A DNA stretch of 47,437 bases from a virus. Both the position numbers and the translations under genes were made by a program. The DNA lies in IMG/VR virus record IMGVR_UViG_3300028454_000165. One strand, 5' to 3'. Below are positions 7,722 to 16,595 of this stretch, piece by piece. The number at the start of each line of letters is the position of its first letter. The first letter of the stretch is position 1. The notes under the pieces are model-generated. The model saw only the letters and a program-made list of their open reading frames with translations. It ran no database searches and was not told where the DNA came from.

Positions 7722-8099
7722 ATGAAGGTTACAGAGTTACTGGAAGTCCTTAAAGGTGGAGTTCCGACAGTCAGGATCATCGACAACATACGATTCTTAG
7801 AGCTGAACAAACAGGCAAAGGCGCATTGGCAGCGACCGGATGAAGCGGTATTGCAATGTGTGTATCTGGACAATGGCATCCTTAGTGACCTTGAGCTGGC
7901 GAAATTCTACAACTACGAAGTAAAGCATTTGGCAGTTGTCCATGAAGTATCGCATAAGCAATACAAAGAGCGGGGGCTTATACCTCCCTTCAGGCCGGAT
8001 CTGACAGCAGAATATGATCTTAAAGACCTGAATCAAAAAACTTATTACGACATTTATATCGATTATCTTCCCGGAAAGGAGAACACTTCTGATGAATGA
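7722..8099 (+). CDS. Hypothetical protein
   Basis: 125-aa ORF with GGGGGAG RBS. Confidence 0.5.
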   Translation: MKVTELLEVLKGGVPTVRIIDNIRFLELNKQAKAHWQRPDEAVLQCVYLDNGILSDLELAKFYNYEVKHLAVVHEVSHKQYKERGLIPPFRPDLTAEYDLKDLNQKTYYDIYIDYLPGKENTSDE

Positions 8100-8478
8100 G
8101 ACAAAAGACTTTATTTCTTACGCCGTAGATTTCGACGGCACATTATCCATAAACAAACAATTCCCGGAGATCGGGGACGCAAATGTATTTCTTTTTGATT
8201 TTCTTATTGATGAGAGGAAAAAGGGAAACAAGGTTATTTTATATACCTGCAGGTCAGGCCAGCTCCTGGATAACGCCATAGCCTTCTGTATGGAAAGGGG
8301 CTTACACTTCGATGCGGTCAACGCAAACCTGCCGGAAAACATTGCGAAGTACGGCGGCGATACAAGAAAGATCCACGCAGATTATTACATCGATGATCGG
8401 ATGCTTTATTTTCCGTCCGTGGGATTTCACTGTATAGATCTTCGCCCACTGGTAAATAAGGAAACGGCAACGGCTTAG
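8092..8478 (+). CDS. HAD-superfamily-like hydrolase (hypothetical)
   Basis: AVDFDGTL matches HAD motif I (DxDGT). YIDDR is near the C-terminus. Confidence 0.4.
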   Translation: MNETKDFISYAVDFDGTLSINKQFPEIGDANVFLFDFLIDERKKGNKVILYTCRSGQLLDNAIAFCMERGLHFDAVNANLPENIAKYGGDTRKIHADYYIDDRMLYFPSVGFHCIDLRPLVNKETATA

Positions 8479-8491
8479 AGGAGGATTTGAT

Positions 8492-8782
8492 ATGGAAGGT
8501 GTATTTGACAGAAAAGAATATATGAGGACGGATGCCGCCAAGGTCTTAAAAAACGCAGCGGAAACAATTCAGGAGCTTAGTGATATTAACGCCCGGATAT
8601 TAGATATAAACACTTTACTCCATAAAAGATTAAAGGAGAATATGAAGTCTTGCAATAGAATTACACAAGCGGCTATTTATTTCAGCGAAACATACGACCG
8701 TATGACACCTTCGCAGAAAAAGGAATTTGACCGGATAGGTTTGCAGGTAATAAATGACTGTGATTTGTATTTAATGAAGTAG
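8492..8782 (+). CDS. Hypothetical protein
   Basis: 96-aa ORF with GGAGGA RBS. Confidence 0.5.
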   Translation: MEGVFDRKEYMRTDAAKVLKNAAETIQELSDINARILDINTLLHKRLKENMKSCNRITQAAIYFSETYDRMTPSQKKEFDRIGLQVINDCDLYLMK

Positions 8783-8803
8783 GGATTGAAAGAAGGGGAA
8801 GTT

Positions 8804-9283
8804 ATGTTTGATAAGTTTGGAAATATGACAACAGAGGAATTAAATCTTGCGGCAGCAGGCCTAAAGGAAGAGGGAGATATATCATCCCTAAAGGCCCTTG
8901 CCCTTGAGAACGGCCTCGACGAGATGGACGCTGAGGATTACGCAGACGGACTTATAGAAGAACTTGCATCACCGCTCATGGCAGCCTTAGGAAAGCTGAA
9001 AGTGGAAGAGGAGGCTCTAAGACCCCAGGGGATCCTTAATGACTGGATAGGATATGTCCGCTTCCAGGTATCACAGAATCCCGATATGCAGGTTAAGGTC
9101 AGAAAAAAGAACAAGACCCTTGTGGGGTGCATCGGCAAGATCCTTTCCTGGGCTTTTAAAAATCAATGGACAGTGCCGGCAGAAATCGTAAAGGCAGCAG
9201 GCGTAAACGCATCAAAAGTCACACTTGGCGAACCTGATATGAGACAGGCCAAGCAGATTATAAGTGAATATTACGGAGGGTAG
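8804..9283 (+). CDS. Hypothetical protein, possibly PcfK-like
   Basis: Sits directly upstream of the PcfJ-like gene. The resemblance to PcfK is weak and from memory only. Confidence 0.3.
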   Translation: MFDKFGNMTTEELNLAAAGLKEEGDISSLKALALENGLDEMDAEDYADGLIEELASPLMAALGKLKVEEEALRPQGILNDWIGYVRFQVSQNPDMQVKVRKKNKTLVGCIGKILSWAFKNQWTVPAEIVKAAGVNASKVTLGEPDMRQAKQIISEYYGG

Positions 9284-9285
9284 CC

Positions 9286-10902
9286 ATGGACAATATTGAT
9301 TTAAAGCCCGTTAAAGGGATTGAAGCCTGGGCTAGGAAACAGTTCAAGGACAATCATTTTGTGTACTACACCCGTAAAGGAGCTTACGCTGAGTGCCACT
9401 GTGCAGAATGCGGAGCGAGATATGTTCTGCGAGCCCTGCCAACTGAAGATCCTTTTCAGGATGCAGCGATGGATATTGAAAAACCGGAAAGGGATGCAAA
9501 GACCTTCTGCAGGAAGTGCAAGACCAAGGCTATCTATAAACCGGCCGGACACACAAGGAGCGAATATGCCTTATGCAGGATAGTTTTTGGTCAGAAGATA
9601 GATGATGAGCATTTTGTTTTCAGGGCTTTTTATGCAGATCAGCATACACGGCAAGCCTGCGATACGGTCTATAGATGCCAAGAAGATGAACGGATATTCC
9701 TCGAAAAAGGCAAAAAGCCTTCAAGGTATGATCACTATGCGTATTATTCAAATGACGCATGGTATGATACGAAGACATGGTATCCAAGAACAACTGGTGA
9801 GAACTGGCGTTATCTTGTACACCCAAGGACATACAAGGAAATCGCAAAGACCGGCATGTTTAAGTATGTTCCTGTAGAGAAGTCGATAATGAATCACTAT
9901 TACGATGAATGCGGACTAATCGATTACTACATAGCAGCTGCACGATATCCGGATTTTGAGATGATACTTAAGGCAGGGCTTATTGAATACGCCGACAATC
10001 TGGTCAGAAAGATTCCCGTCAATCCGAATCCGAGAGGAAAGAACATAGAAGACCGTCTCAGGATTAACAAGAACAGGATAAAGAGTCTGATTGCATATAA
10101 AGGCACAAAGCAAGTCCTTGAAATGTATCAGCTCGAAAGAAGACTCGGAAAACACTGGAACGACGAAGAACTTGAAATAATCAAAGAACTCCGGGATAAC
10201 ACATACTCTACAGACTGGGAGAAAGCATCAAAAGTCCTTAAACACATATCCCCGATCCGCTTAAGGAACTACATGAAAAAACAAAAGATGTGGATGCCGG
10301 GAAAAATAGCTGATTGGAGAGAAAGAAATCGTCGCCAGGATCTAAGAAGAGAGTATTACGACTACATCTCCATGAGAATAAACGAAGGTTACGACATGAC
10401 AAACGATGTTATTCTCTTCCCCACAGACTTCAGAAGACGCAGAGACGAGATGCTCTTAATGGTCGAGAAGGCCAAGATGGACAAGAGAAAGACAGAAGTG
10501 CTTGAGAAATTCCCAAAGATTAAGTCGAAGTACAAGAAACTCTCTGAAAAGTACTCTGCAGCAGCAGGTGGATACATCATCCGACCGGCGAAAGATGCAG
10601 CTGAGATTGTAGAAGAAGGCAGAATATTACATCACTGTGTCGGAGGAGACGGATATTTACGCAGCCACAACGACGGAAGAAGCTTCATCCTCTTCCTGAG
10701 AAAGGCAGACAAGAAAGATATTCCGCTTATAACAATCGAGATCAGAGGTGAAGAAATAATCCAGTGGTACGGAGCCTATGACAAAAAGCCAAACAAAAGC
10801 ATTATAGACGCCTGGCTGAAGACCTACACCAAGGAACTAAAACAGAGAAAAGCCGGCAAGAAAGCAGTCAAAGAAGCGGTTAAAGCCGTGAAAACAGCAT
10901 AG
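9286..10902 (+). CDS. PcfJ-like protein with N-terminal zinc ribbons
   Basis: C-terminal LHHCVGGDGYLRSHNDGRSFILFLR...ITIEI...WYG is the PcfJ signature. N-terminal CAECG and CRKCK. Confidence 0.65.
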   Translation: MDNIDLKPVKGIEAWARKQFKDNHFVYYTRKGAYAECHCAECGARYVLRALPTEDPFQDAAMDIEKPERDAKTFCRKCKTKAIYKPAGHTRSEYALCRIVFGQKIDDEHFVFRAFYADQHTRQACDTVYRCQEDERIFLEKGKKPSRYDHYAYYSNDAWYDTKTWYPRTTGENWRYLVHPRTYKEIAKTGMFKYVPVEKSIMNHYYDECGLIDYYIAAARYPDFEMILKAGLIEYADNLVRKIPVNPNPRGKNIEDRLRINKNRIKSLIAYKGTKQVLEMYQLERRLGKHWNDEELEIIKELRDNTYSTDWEKASKVLKHISPIRLRNYMKKQKMWMPGKIADWRERNRRQDLRREYYDYISMRINEGYDMTNDVILFPTDFRRRRDEMLLMVEKAKMDKRKTEVLEKFPKIKSKYKKLSEKYSAAAGGYIIRPAKDAAEIVEEGRILHHCVGGDGYLRSHNDGRSFILFLRKADKKDIPLITIEIRGEEIIQWYGAYDKKPNKSIIDAWLKTYTKELKQRKAGKKAVKEAVKAVKTA

Positions 10903-10917
10903 AGGGAGGGAAAATAC

Positions 10918-12153
10918 ATGTATGAAATAACGGGACAGCCCTTTGAGAGCTATCAGCAGTTCAAGGCGACCATGGACCAGACGGTCAATTCCACCGTCCA
11001 GAACATCGTCAAGATCGGGTACCTCTTAAAGGTCGCAAGAGACACCGGCATCCTTCAGGAGTCCGGATACACAACAATGAGAGACTTTGCACAGGCGGAA
11101 TACAATATTGACGCCTCCACGGCTTCAAGGTTTATCGGCATAAATGATAAGTATTCCATGGGTGGTAATTCCATGGAACTTGATGATAAATATAAAGGAT
11201 TTGAGGCCAGCAAGCTTGTAGAAATGCTTACTCTTCCGGATTCCATCATCGAGGAGATCCCACCGGAAATGAAAAGGGACGAGATTAGGGAGATAAAGAA
11301 CCAGCTGAAGGAGGAGCAAAAGACCTCTGATTTGGAAATGTATATAGAGAGTACCGCCACCATAGAAGCCACCTGTTCAGACCTTACCGAAGTATTAAAA
11401 CAGTCGTTAGAAGAGAGTTTCGAACTGTTTAAAGAGGCTGACCGCCGCATATGTGACACCGAAAACCTCAATAATTCTGCTGAAAGCCTGTATTCTGCAC
11501 TGGCGCCGGCCGGTTATGCAACTCTGATCGGGCGGATCCCCGGAAAAGGGAGAGTGATGTTATCCATCGCAAGCCAGAGCGAGGATCCTGCACTTATAAA
11601 TGCCCGCACAGGCGAAAAAGAAAGGATCACGTGGAGGCAGATCTTTGACGAGCTGGACCAATTAATCAAGCACCCAAATGACAAATCAGATCCTGAAGTA
11701 GATTACGCAGCGACATTTGGCCACGAGCCAAAGAAGGAGGAAGAGAAGGAAGAAAAGAAGCCTTCCGCAGTGACCGTATCGAAAGAAGCAAAGCCCAAAA
11801 CAGATAAAAAAGCCGAAAAAAAGCCCAAGAAGCCTGAAAAAACAAAGCAGGCGTCTCCGGAACCGAAAGAGGAGAAAGAAGAGTCAGAAAAGACAGAAGA
11901 GGCAGCAGGAGAAGAGGAGCCCAAAGAACCCACCACGGCAGCAGGCACAGAAGAGAAAATTGCGCCGGCGCAATCTGAAGAGGAAACAATAGAAGTTCCC
12001 AAGGAGTTAACCTCATTCCAGAAGCAGATCATCGATAAGCTTGAGACAATCAAGATTGTAGTTAGAAGCATGGAACCGGATAAAGATAACTGGGACCATA
12101 TTTGTGACATGCTCAGAGAAACGCAGATACTCATAAACAAAACAATCTTCTAG
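10918..12153 (+). CDS. DUF3102-like DNA-binding protein with a Lys/Glu-rich low-complexity region
   Basis: The N-terminus IVKIGYLLKVARDTGILQESGYTTMRDFAQAEYNIDASTASRFIGI resembles DUF3102/KilA-type HTH. An EEKEEKKP-type tract is present. Confidence 0.4.
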   Translation: MYEITGQPFESYQQFKATMDQTVNSTVQNIVKIGYLLKVARDTGILQESGYTTMRDFAQAEYNIDASTASRFIGINDKYSMGGNSMELDDKYKGFEASKLVEMLTLPDSIIEEIPPEMKRDEIREIKNQLKEEQKTSDLEMYIESTATIEATCSDLTEVLKQSLEESFELFKEADRRICDTENLNNSAESLYSALAPAGYATLIGRIPGKGRVMLSIASQSEDPALINARTGEKERITWRQIFDELDQLIKHPNDKSDPEVDYAATFGHEPKKEEEKEEKKPSAVTVSKEAKPKTDKKAEKKPKKPEKTKQASPEPKEEKEESEKTEEAAGEEEPKEPTTAAGTEEKIAPAQSEEETIEVPKELTSFQKQIIDKLETIKIVVRSMEPDKDNWDHICDMLRETQILINKTIF

Positions 12154-12164
12154 GAGATGTGGAC

Positions 12165-12344
12165 ATGGTAGGCCTAAGAGGACTTGAAGGCATAAGATGG
12201 GCGGGTGATATATTAAACGGCCGCCGGGAATTTTCCACATACAACAAGACCACAGAGGAAGGGGACGGCTTTAAAGAGATTTTTGAAAAAGAGCTGTCCC
12301 GGATGGGGGAGAAGCCGGATACGGAGGAAAAACAATGCAAGTAA
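12165..12344 (+). CDS. Hypothetical protein
   Basis: ORF after AGGAG. The start could also be GTG at 12159. Confidence 0.35.
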   Translation: MVGLRGLEGIRWAGDILNGRREFSTYNKTTEEGDGFKEIFEKELSRMGEKPDTEEKQCK

Positions 12345-12562
12345 TGAAAGGTATAGGCAGGTTAACTAACGCAAAACTTCAAGAACATGTTGGAGAATTT
12401 GTTATAGTCACATTTTTTAATGGAAAAGTTTTAAGCGGGCGCCTTGGTTATACCAAGGAATTTTCCGCCAAATACCAATATAAGAAGCCCGGTTATTTCA
12501 CCATTGGAAACTGCAGCTTCAAGGTGAGCCACATCAAGAAAATACAAGTGGAGGCGGACTAG
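12335..12562 (+). CDS. Hypothetical protein
   Basis: 75-aa ORF. Confidence 0.45.
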   Translation: MQVMKGIGRLTNAKLQEHVGEFVIVTFFNGKVLSGRLGYTKEFSAKYQYKKPGYFTIGNCSFKVSHIKKIQVEAD

Positions 12563-12799
12563 ATGGACGATTTTAAAATGAACTTCACAGAAATAATGGA
12601 GAACAACGAGGATATATGCCAGCATTTTAAGAATGGCGATTGTTGTCTTGACTGTGATAACTACCAGATGTGTTTACGCAGAGCCACAGGCCAGAAGGAG
12701 GAAAAAGATAATGGGAAAAAACAAAGTAGCACTAATTATAGCGGGAATAGCAGTGGCAGCAGTTGTTTTGATTGCAGTCGTGTTTATCACGACAAATAA
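12563..12799 (+). CDS. Cys-rich hypothetical protein (3' part overlaps the next gene)
   Basis: ATGA overlap with the upstream stop codon. Contains CCLDCDNYQMC. Confidence 0.35.
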   Translation: MDDFKMNFTEIMENNEDICQHFKNGDCCLDCDNYQMCLRRATGQKEEKDNGKKQSSTNYSGNSSGSSCFDCSRVYHDK

Positions 12800-12953
12800 C
12801 AGGGCGATTTCCTTAGAGGAGCAAATTCTATCAGCGGATTCCGATATCCAAGTTCAGGAGAAAAGAAGAACAGACCTCATTTACAATCTTGTGGATTGCG
12901 TAAAAAAGTATGACAAATACGAAGCAGGGGAAACGAGAATGTATAAAAGATAG
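12711..12953 (+). CDS. Truncated LemA-like membrane protein (N-terminal about 80 aa only)
   Basis: AGGAGG RBS. TM helix ALIIAGIAVAAVVLIAVVFI, then EKRRTDLIYNLVDCVKKY, which matches the LemA motif RR-DLIPNLV. Stops far short of a typical LemA length of about 185 aa. Confidence 0.5.
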   Translation: MGKNKVALIIAGIAVAAVVLIAVVFITTNNRAISLEEQILSADSDIQVQEKRRTDLIYNLVDCVKKYDKYEAGETRMYKR

Positions 12954-12963
12954 GAGGTAGAGC

Positions 12964-13722
12964 ATGAGAATATCAAAGTACACGGCACTTATCAAGAAAA
13001 AGGGTTATGGAGTTTGGATTAATTCAGAAAACAAGCAGGACTGCTATTTAGCTACTCCTGCAAGCATATATAAGGCCCATGGCCTGCCTTATGTAGACGA
13101 ATTAGAGGTTGCAAAGGCAATTTTAGATATTGACAAGAAGGCAGAAGAGAAAACCTTGTTAAAGCTGGAATATCAAGCGAGGGTAACCGATGTTTTGGGC
13201 TTTGACTTATCAGATGGCGCGATACCGGGCGAAAAGAGGGCAGAGCATAACAGAGCGGCAGCAGTTATAGACGATATTTATTATTCAGCCTTACGTTGCC
13301 GGGGAGGGGAACTTATTTTCTATGATCGCGCGTTACTTGCGCCCCTAAAGGATAGATTCAAAGATAAAGAGGCAGCAGAATACATTAATTACGCGATAAG
13401 GTACCACATGAGAAGCGGGGATCCTTACGTAGTAGTAAAAGACGGTTTTGAGACTTTAGCAGCCATTTTACCGGTGCGCATACTGTCAGAAGACTATATA
13501 AGCGAGCTACAAGACTTTCAGCTTATGTGCATGGACCAGTTACACCGCGAGAGAGCCAGGGAAAAGGCAAAAGAGAACATGAACGGTGTACAGGAAGTAT
13601 TACCGGGTATAGATCCCAAAAAGGACCTTTCGGACGACGAATTGCAAGACCTGGCAGATAGAGCCTGCGAGCTTGACAGGGAAATAGCGGAGGACGAGGA
13701 AGATGCGGACGATTTAGAGTAG
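12964..13722 (+). CDS. Hypothetical protein with acidic C-terminus
   Basis: 252-aa ORF with AGGAGG RBS. Confidence 0.5.
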   Translation: MRISKYTALIKKKGYGVWINSENKQDCYLATPASIYKAHGLPYVDELEVAKAILDIDKKAEEKTLLKLEYQARVTDVLGFDLSDGAIPGEKRAEHNRAAAVIDDIYYSALRCRGGELIFYDRALLAPLKDRFKDKEAAEYINYAIRYHMRSGDPYVVVKDGFETLAAILPVRILSEDYISELQDFQLMCMDQLHRERAREKAKENMNGVQEVLPGIDPKKDLSDDELQDLADRACELDREIAEDEEDADDLE

Positions 13723-13920
13723 TTTCTTCTTATGTAATAGTGAAATCTTAAAACCCAACCGCGGAAAGCGGTATTGGGCTTGTATATGGATATTATCTTA
13801 AGGACTAAGCAAAACAATGTGTCTTTTGTTTTAAAGATACATTGTAGCGTAAAACTCAAATAACAAAGCATAGATCTCAAAGAGATGCTTTTAAAATAAA
13901 TTATGTTATGAGGTGTAAGG

Positions 13921-14793
13921 ATGGGGAATATATATTACAGAGAGCAAAAGACTATTTGTGGTAAAGATTATGATTCAGCCCGTTATATGGAGGTTGATCT
14001 CTATCCGGTGACAGCTTCACAACATAAGCAGGGCAGCAGGGCAAAGAAAACCGAAGCAACCTGCCTTGCACAGCAAATATATAACGAGAAGCGTGCGAAA
14101 AGGTATCACGTCCAATTAGTGAATACGAATTTTAGCGCAAATGACTTTTCGTGGACAGGAACATATGACGACGAGCATTTACCGGCACCCATGGACCGGG
14201 AACAAGCGGATCGTGACTACAAAAATTTTATGAAGCGTGTATATAGATGGTGCGACAAGAACGGGGTAAAAAGGCCCCGTTGGATCATGGCGACGGAGTA
14301 CACAACCCTGCAGGACGATTTAGAAATTGTCGGCCGGCACCATCATCACGCAATCATTGAGCATACACCCGGATTAACCCGCGAAGTGTTAGAAGACTTG
14401 TGGAAGGACAGAAGAGGTAAAAATATAGGCTTTTGTCGCTGCGAAAACCTTCACGTTGAACATGGCAGCGTGGAAAGCCTTGTGCAATACATTTCAAAGA
14501 ATGTCAGATGCGATAGATCCTGGAGGCAAAGCAGGGGGCTTGAAAAGCCTAAGACCCCAAGACCAAATGACAGCAAGTGGAACGCTAAGAGACTACATGA
14601 AGCGTCAACCCTTTACATAGACGATAAACAATTTTGGCAGAGACAATATCCCGGCTATATCCTTGAACGCGTTGAAACACGTGTAACGGATGCCGGATTA
14701 AGACATACAACGGTAATCATGTATAAAGAGCCTGGCAAGAAGATTATTTTTGCGCCAGGGCAGCAGGATAATAAGCGGAGGCGATACGGTTAA
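13921..14793 (+). CDS. HUH-superfamily rolling-circle replication initiator (Rep)
   Basis: FSWTGTY (motif 1-like), GRHHHHAIIEH (HUH motif 2), VQYISKNV (YxxK, motif 3). Confidence 0.7.
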   Translation: MGNIYYREQKTICGKDYDSARYMEVDLYPVTASQHKQGSRAKKTEATCLAQQIYNEKRAKRYHVQLVNTNFSANDFSWTGTYDDEHLPAPMDREQADRDYKNFMKRVYRWCDKNGVKRPRWIMATEYTTLQDDLEIVGRHHHHAIIEHTPGLTREVLEDLWKDRRGKNIGFCRCENLHVEHGSVESLVQYISKNVRCDRSWRQSRGLEKPKTPRPNDSKWNAKRLHEASTLYIDDKQFWQRQYPGYILERVETRVTDAGLRHTTVIMYKEPGKKIIFAPGQQDNKRRRYG

Positions 14794-15302
14794 TGCACAT
14801 GGAATTAAAGGACCTGCCGCCACAGATGCGAAAGCAGGCGTTAAAGAAAATTGCCCAGGAAGATGCACGCCGGGCAGAGGCTTTAAAAGCCGTGGAAAGA
14901 GCTGTCGAGAAAAGCAAACAAAGGGCAGCAGTGTCCGGATTCGACTCCCGGGGAGAATTTGAATTTTTTGTGGGGACAGTGCGCCCAAAATTAAAGAGCG
15001 GAGAATTGTTAAGCTGTGAACGACAGCCGGCTTTTTTGTTATTCCCTCCGGGCGAGTTTAACGGGGAGAAGCTGAGCTCCATTCGGTACACGGCAGACTT
15101 TAGGCTGAACTATTCGGACGGATCCGTGGAGATCGTAGAAGTGAAGAGTAAATTTGTTAAGCGGATGCAAAGGGATTACCACATCCGGCGCAGGATCTTC
15201 ATTGAGCAGTACGCCCGGCCGAACGGTTGGAAGTTCACAGAGATTATAACCGGTGATAGCCGGGAAGATATAAAAGCCTGGAAGGGGAGGGAGAAGACAT
15301 GA
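14793..15302 (+). CDS. DUF1064-family protein
   Basis: FDSRGEFEFF...IRYTADF...VEIVEVKS pattern is typical of DUF1064. Confidence 0.55.
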   Translation: MHMELKDLPPQMRKQALKKIAQEDARRAEALKAVERAVEKSKQRAAVSGFDSRGEFEFFVGTVRPKLKSGELLSCERQPAFLLFPPGEFNGEKLSSIRYTADFRLNYSDGSVEIVEVKSKFVKRMQRDYHIRRRIFIEQYARPNGWKFTEIITGDSREDIKAWKGREKT

Positions 15303-15442
15303 GAAAAAACTATCCACAATTCTACTACAAGAACATAGCACAGCATAAGCAGCGCGAATACCTGAAGCGCAGAGCCGAAGAGAAGAAAGCTGCGGGAGAG
15401 AAAACAAAGGATGGAGATAACAACAAGGGTATGGAGGTGTAG
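15299..15442 (+). CDS. Small basic hypothetical protein (47 aa)
   Basis: ATGA overlap with the upstream stop. Not in the ORF track because of its length. Confidence 0.3.
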   Translation: MRKNYPQFYYKNIAQHKQREYLKRRAEEKKAAGEKTKDGDNNKGMEV

Positions 15443-15445
15443 AGT

Positions 15446-15931
15446 TTGACCAGAACGGGAGCAGAGAACGTAATTATTTATTATTCAAACATCCCGGAGA
15501 TGCTCAAATATGAGCACCAGGAAGTTGACCAGATCGAGGCGACATACTACAGCGGATTAAAAGCTGTGTCAGCTGATGGGATGCCGCATGGATCATCCGT
15601 GGGAAGACCGACAGAGAGGGACGGCCTTAAAGCTGCGGAAAATGATGCGCACGCACGCCTTGAAAAGGCGAAGATCCGTATTAAAACTTTAGAGGGAGAC
15701 TGGGAGATAATTGACCGTGCGATCAACTCCATGAATGGTAGGTACAAAACTATTCTTGTGGGAAAGTATTTACGTGGGTACAGCTATGTTAAAATATCGA
15801 CCGATCTGAACGCCGGAGAAAGTACCATTCGCTGGTGGCTTAAAAAGGCCCTGGAACGCTTCGGTGAAATCCTCGAAAATGATGTTGTTATGATCGAGGA
15901 AATGGAAGAACGAGCTTCGCGCGCGCGTTAA
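15446..15931 (+). CDS. Sigma-70 region-4-like / ArpU-RinA-type late transcription regulator
   Basis: TTG start after GGAGGTG. ILVGKYLRGYSYVKISTDLNAGESTIRWWLKKALERF is region-4 HTH-like. Confidence 0.5.
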   Translation: MTRTGAENVIIYYSNIPEMLKYEHQEVDQIEATYYSGLKAVSADGMPHGSSVGRPTERDGLKAAENDAHARLEKAKIRIKTLEGDWEIIDRAINSMNGRYKTILVGKYLRGYSYVKISTDLNAGESTIRWWLKKALERFGEILENDVVMIEEMEERASRAR

Positions 15932-16193
15932 TGGAAGAAAGCGGTAATAAAATGCCGGGAGCTGCTGCCGGATTCGGTGTAAAAATATGTGTCCCAGCAG
16001 GGTAAAATTAGGCTTCTGAAAGGGGCAGGATTTTTGCTAAAAATTTTTGTTAAATAAGCCCTCTTTTCTATACACACATGAAACCATTTCCGAAACCTAC
16101 CTGACCGCCTCAGAAAAACAATTTACGAATGTCAGGGAGCAGATCATTTTTGTAAAAGATTTTTGTGTAGGACTATTCACATACAATGCAGCA

Positions 16194-16230
16194 CAAAGCC
16201 CCGGAAGGAAAGAGACCCTCCGGGGCTTTG
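16194..16230. terminator. Strong hairpin between convergent transcription units (12-bp stem)
   Basis: CAAAGCCCCGGA-N13-TCCGGGGCTTTG. Neither side has a clear U-tract. Confidence 0.5.
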
Positions 16231-16295
16231 CAATACACACAAGTTTATTTGCTATAAGCAAAGCTATTATATCACAGAAATAGATTATTGTTAAA

Positions 16296-16595
16296 TTATT
16301 TTGTTATGCCGGAGCTGATCAATTCTGACCGGCACGGCTTGCCGATGATCCTGGCAACAGATGCCGGACCGGTAATAATGCGCCCCCGGTTGTCGCCGGA
16401 ATGTCGCAGAATCTTTTTGTTGTTTTTAAGCTCAACAGTATAAACGGATTCCCAGCTGCCGAAAGCGTAGTGAAACCTAAAGGACGTTCCCGGAGCTGCG
16501 TGAGCGACAATGGAAGCGACCTCGTGCCAGTCGGAGATCCCGAGCGTGCTAAGTCTTTTTGTTATATCATCTATGGAGCATTGCATTTTCGCCAT
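16296..16595 (-). CDS. Hypothetical protein
   Basis: 99-aa ORF with AAGGAGG RBS. Last gene of the minus-strand island. Confidence 0.55.
   Translation of the reverse strand: MAKMQCSIDDITKRLSTLGISDWHEVASIVAHAAPGTSFRFHYAFGSWESVYTVELKNNKKILRHSGDNRGRIITGPASVARIIGKPCRSELISSGITK

Noticed and set aside
8086-8100. CUGAUGA hammerhead-core heptamer at the 7722/8092 gene junction
   Set aside because: It lies in coding sequence. It has no flanking GAAA, no NUH site and no three-stem arrangement, so it is a chance occurrence.
15945-16020. Twister-like sequence (AAUGCCGG...CCGGAU...CCCAGCAGGG) downstream of the sigma-like gene
   Set aside because: The resemblance to twister ribozyme conserved blocks is superficial. 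I could not draw P1/P2/P4 and both pseudoknots, and the stems are weak.
16047-16283. 78-aa plus-strand ORF in the noncoding gap
   Set aside because: It has no RBS, runs through the 12-bp terminator-like hairpin, and has atypical composition.
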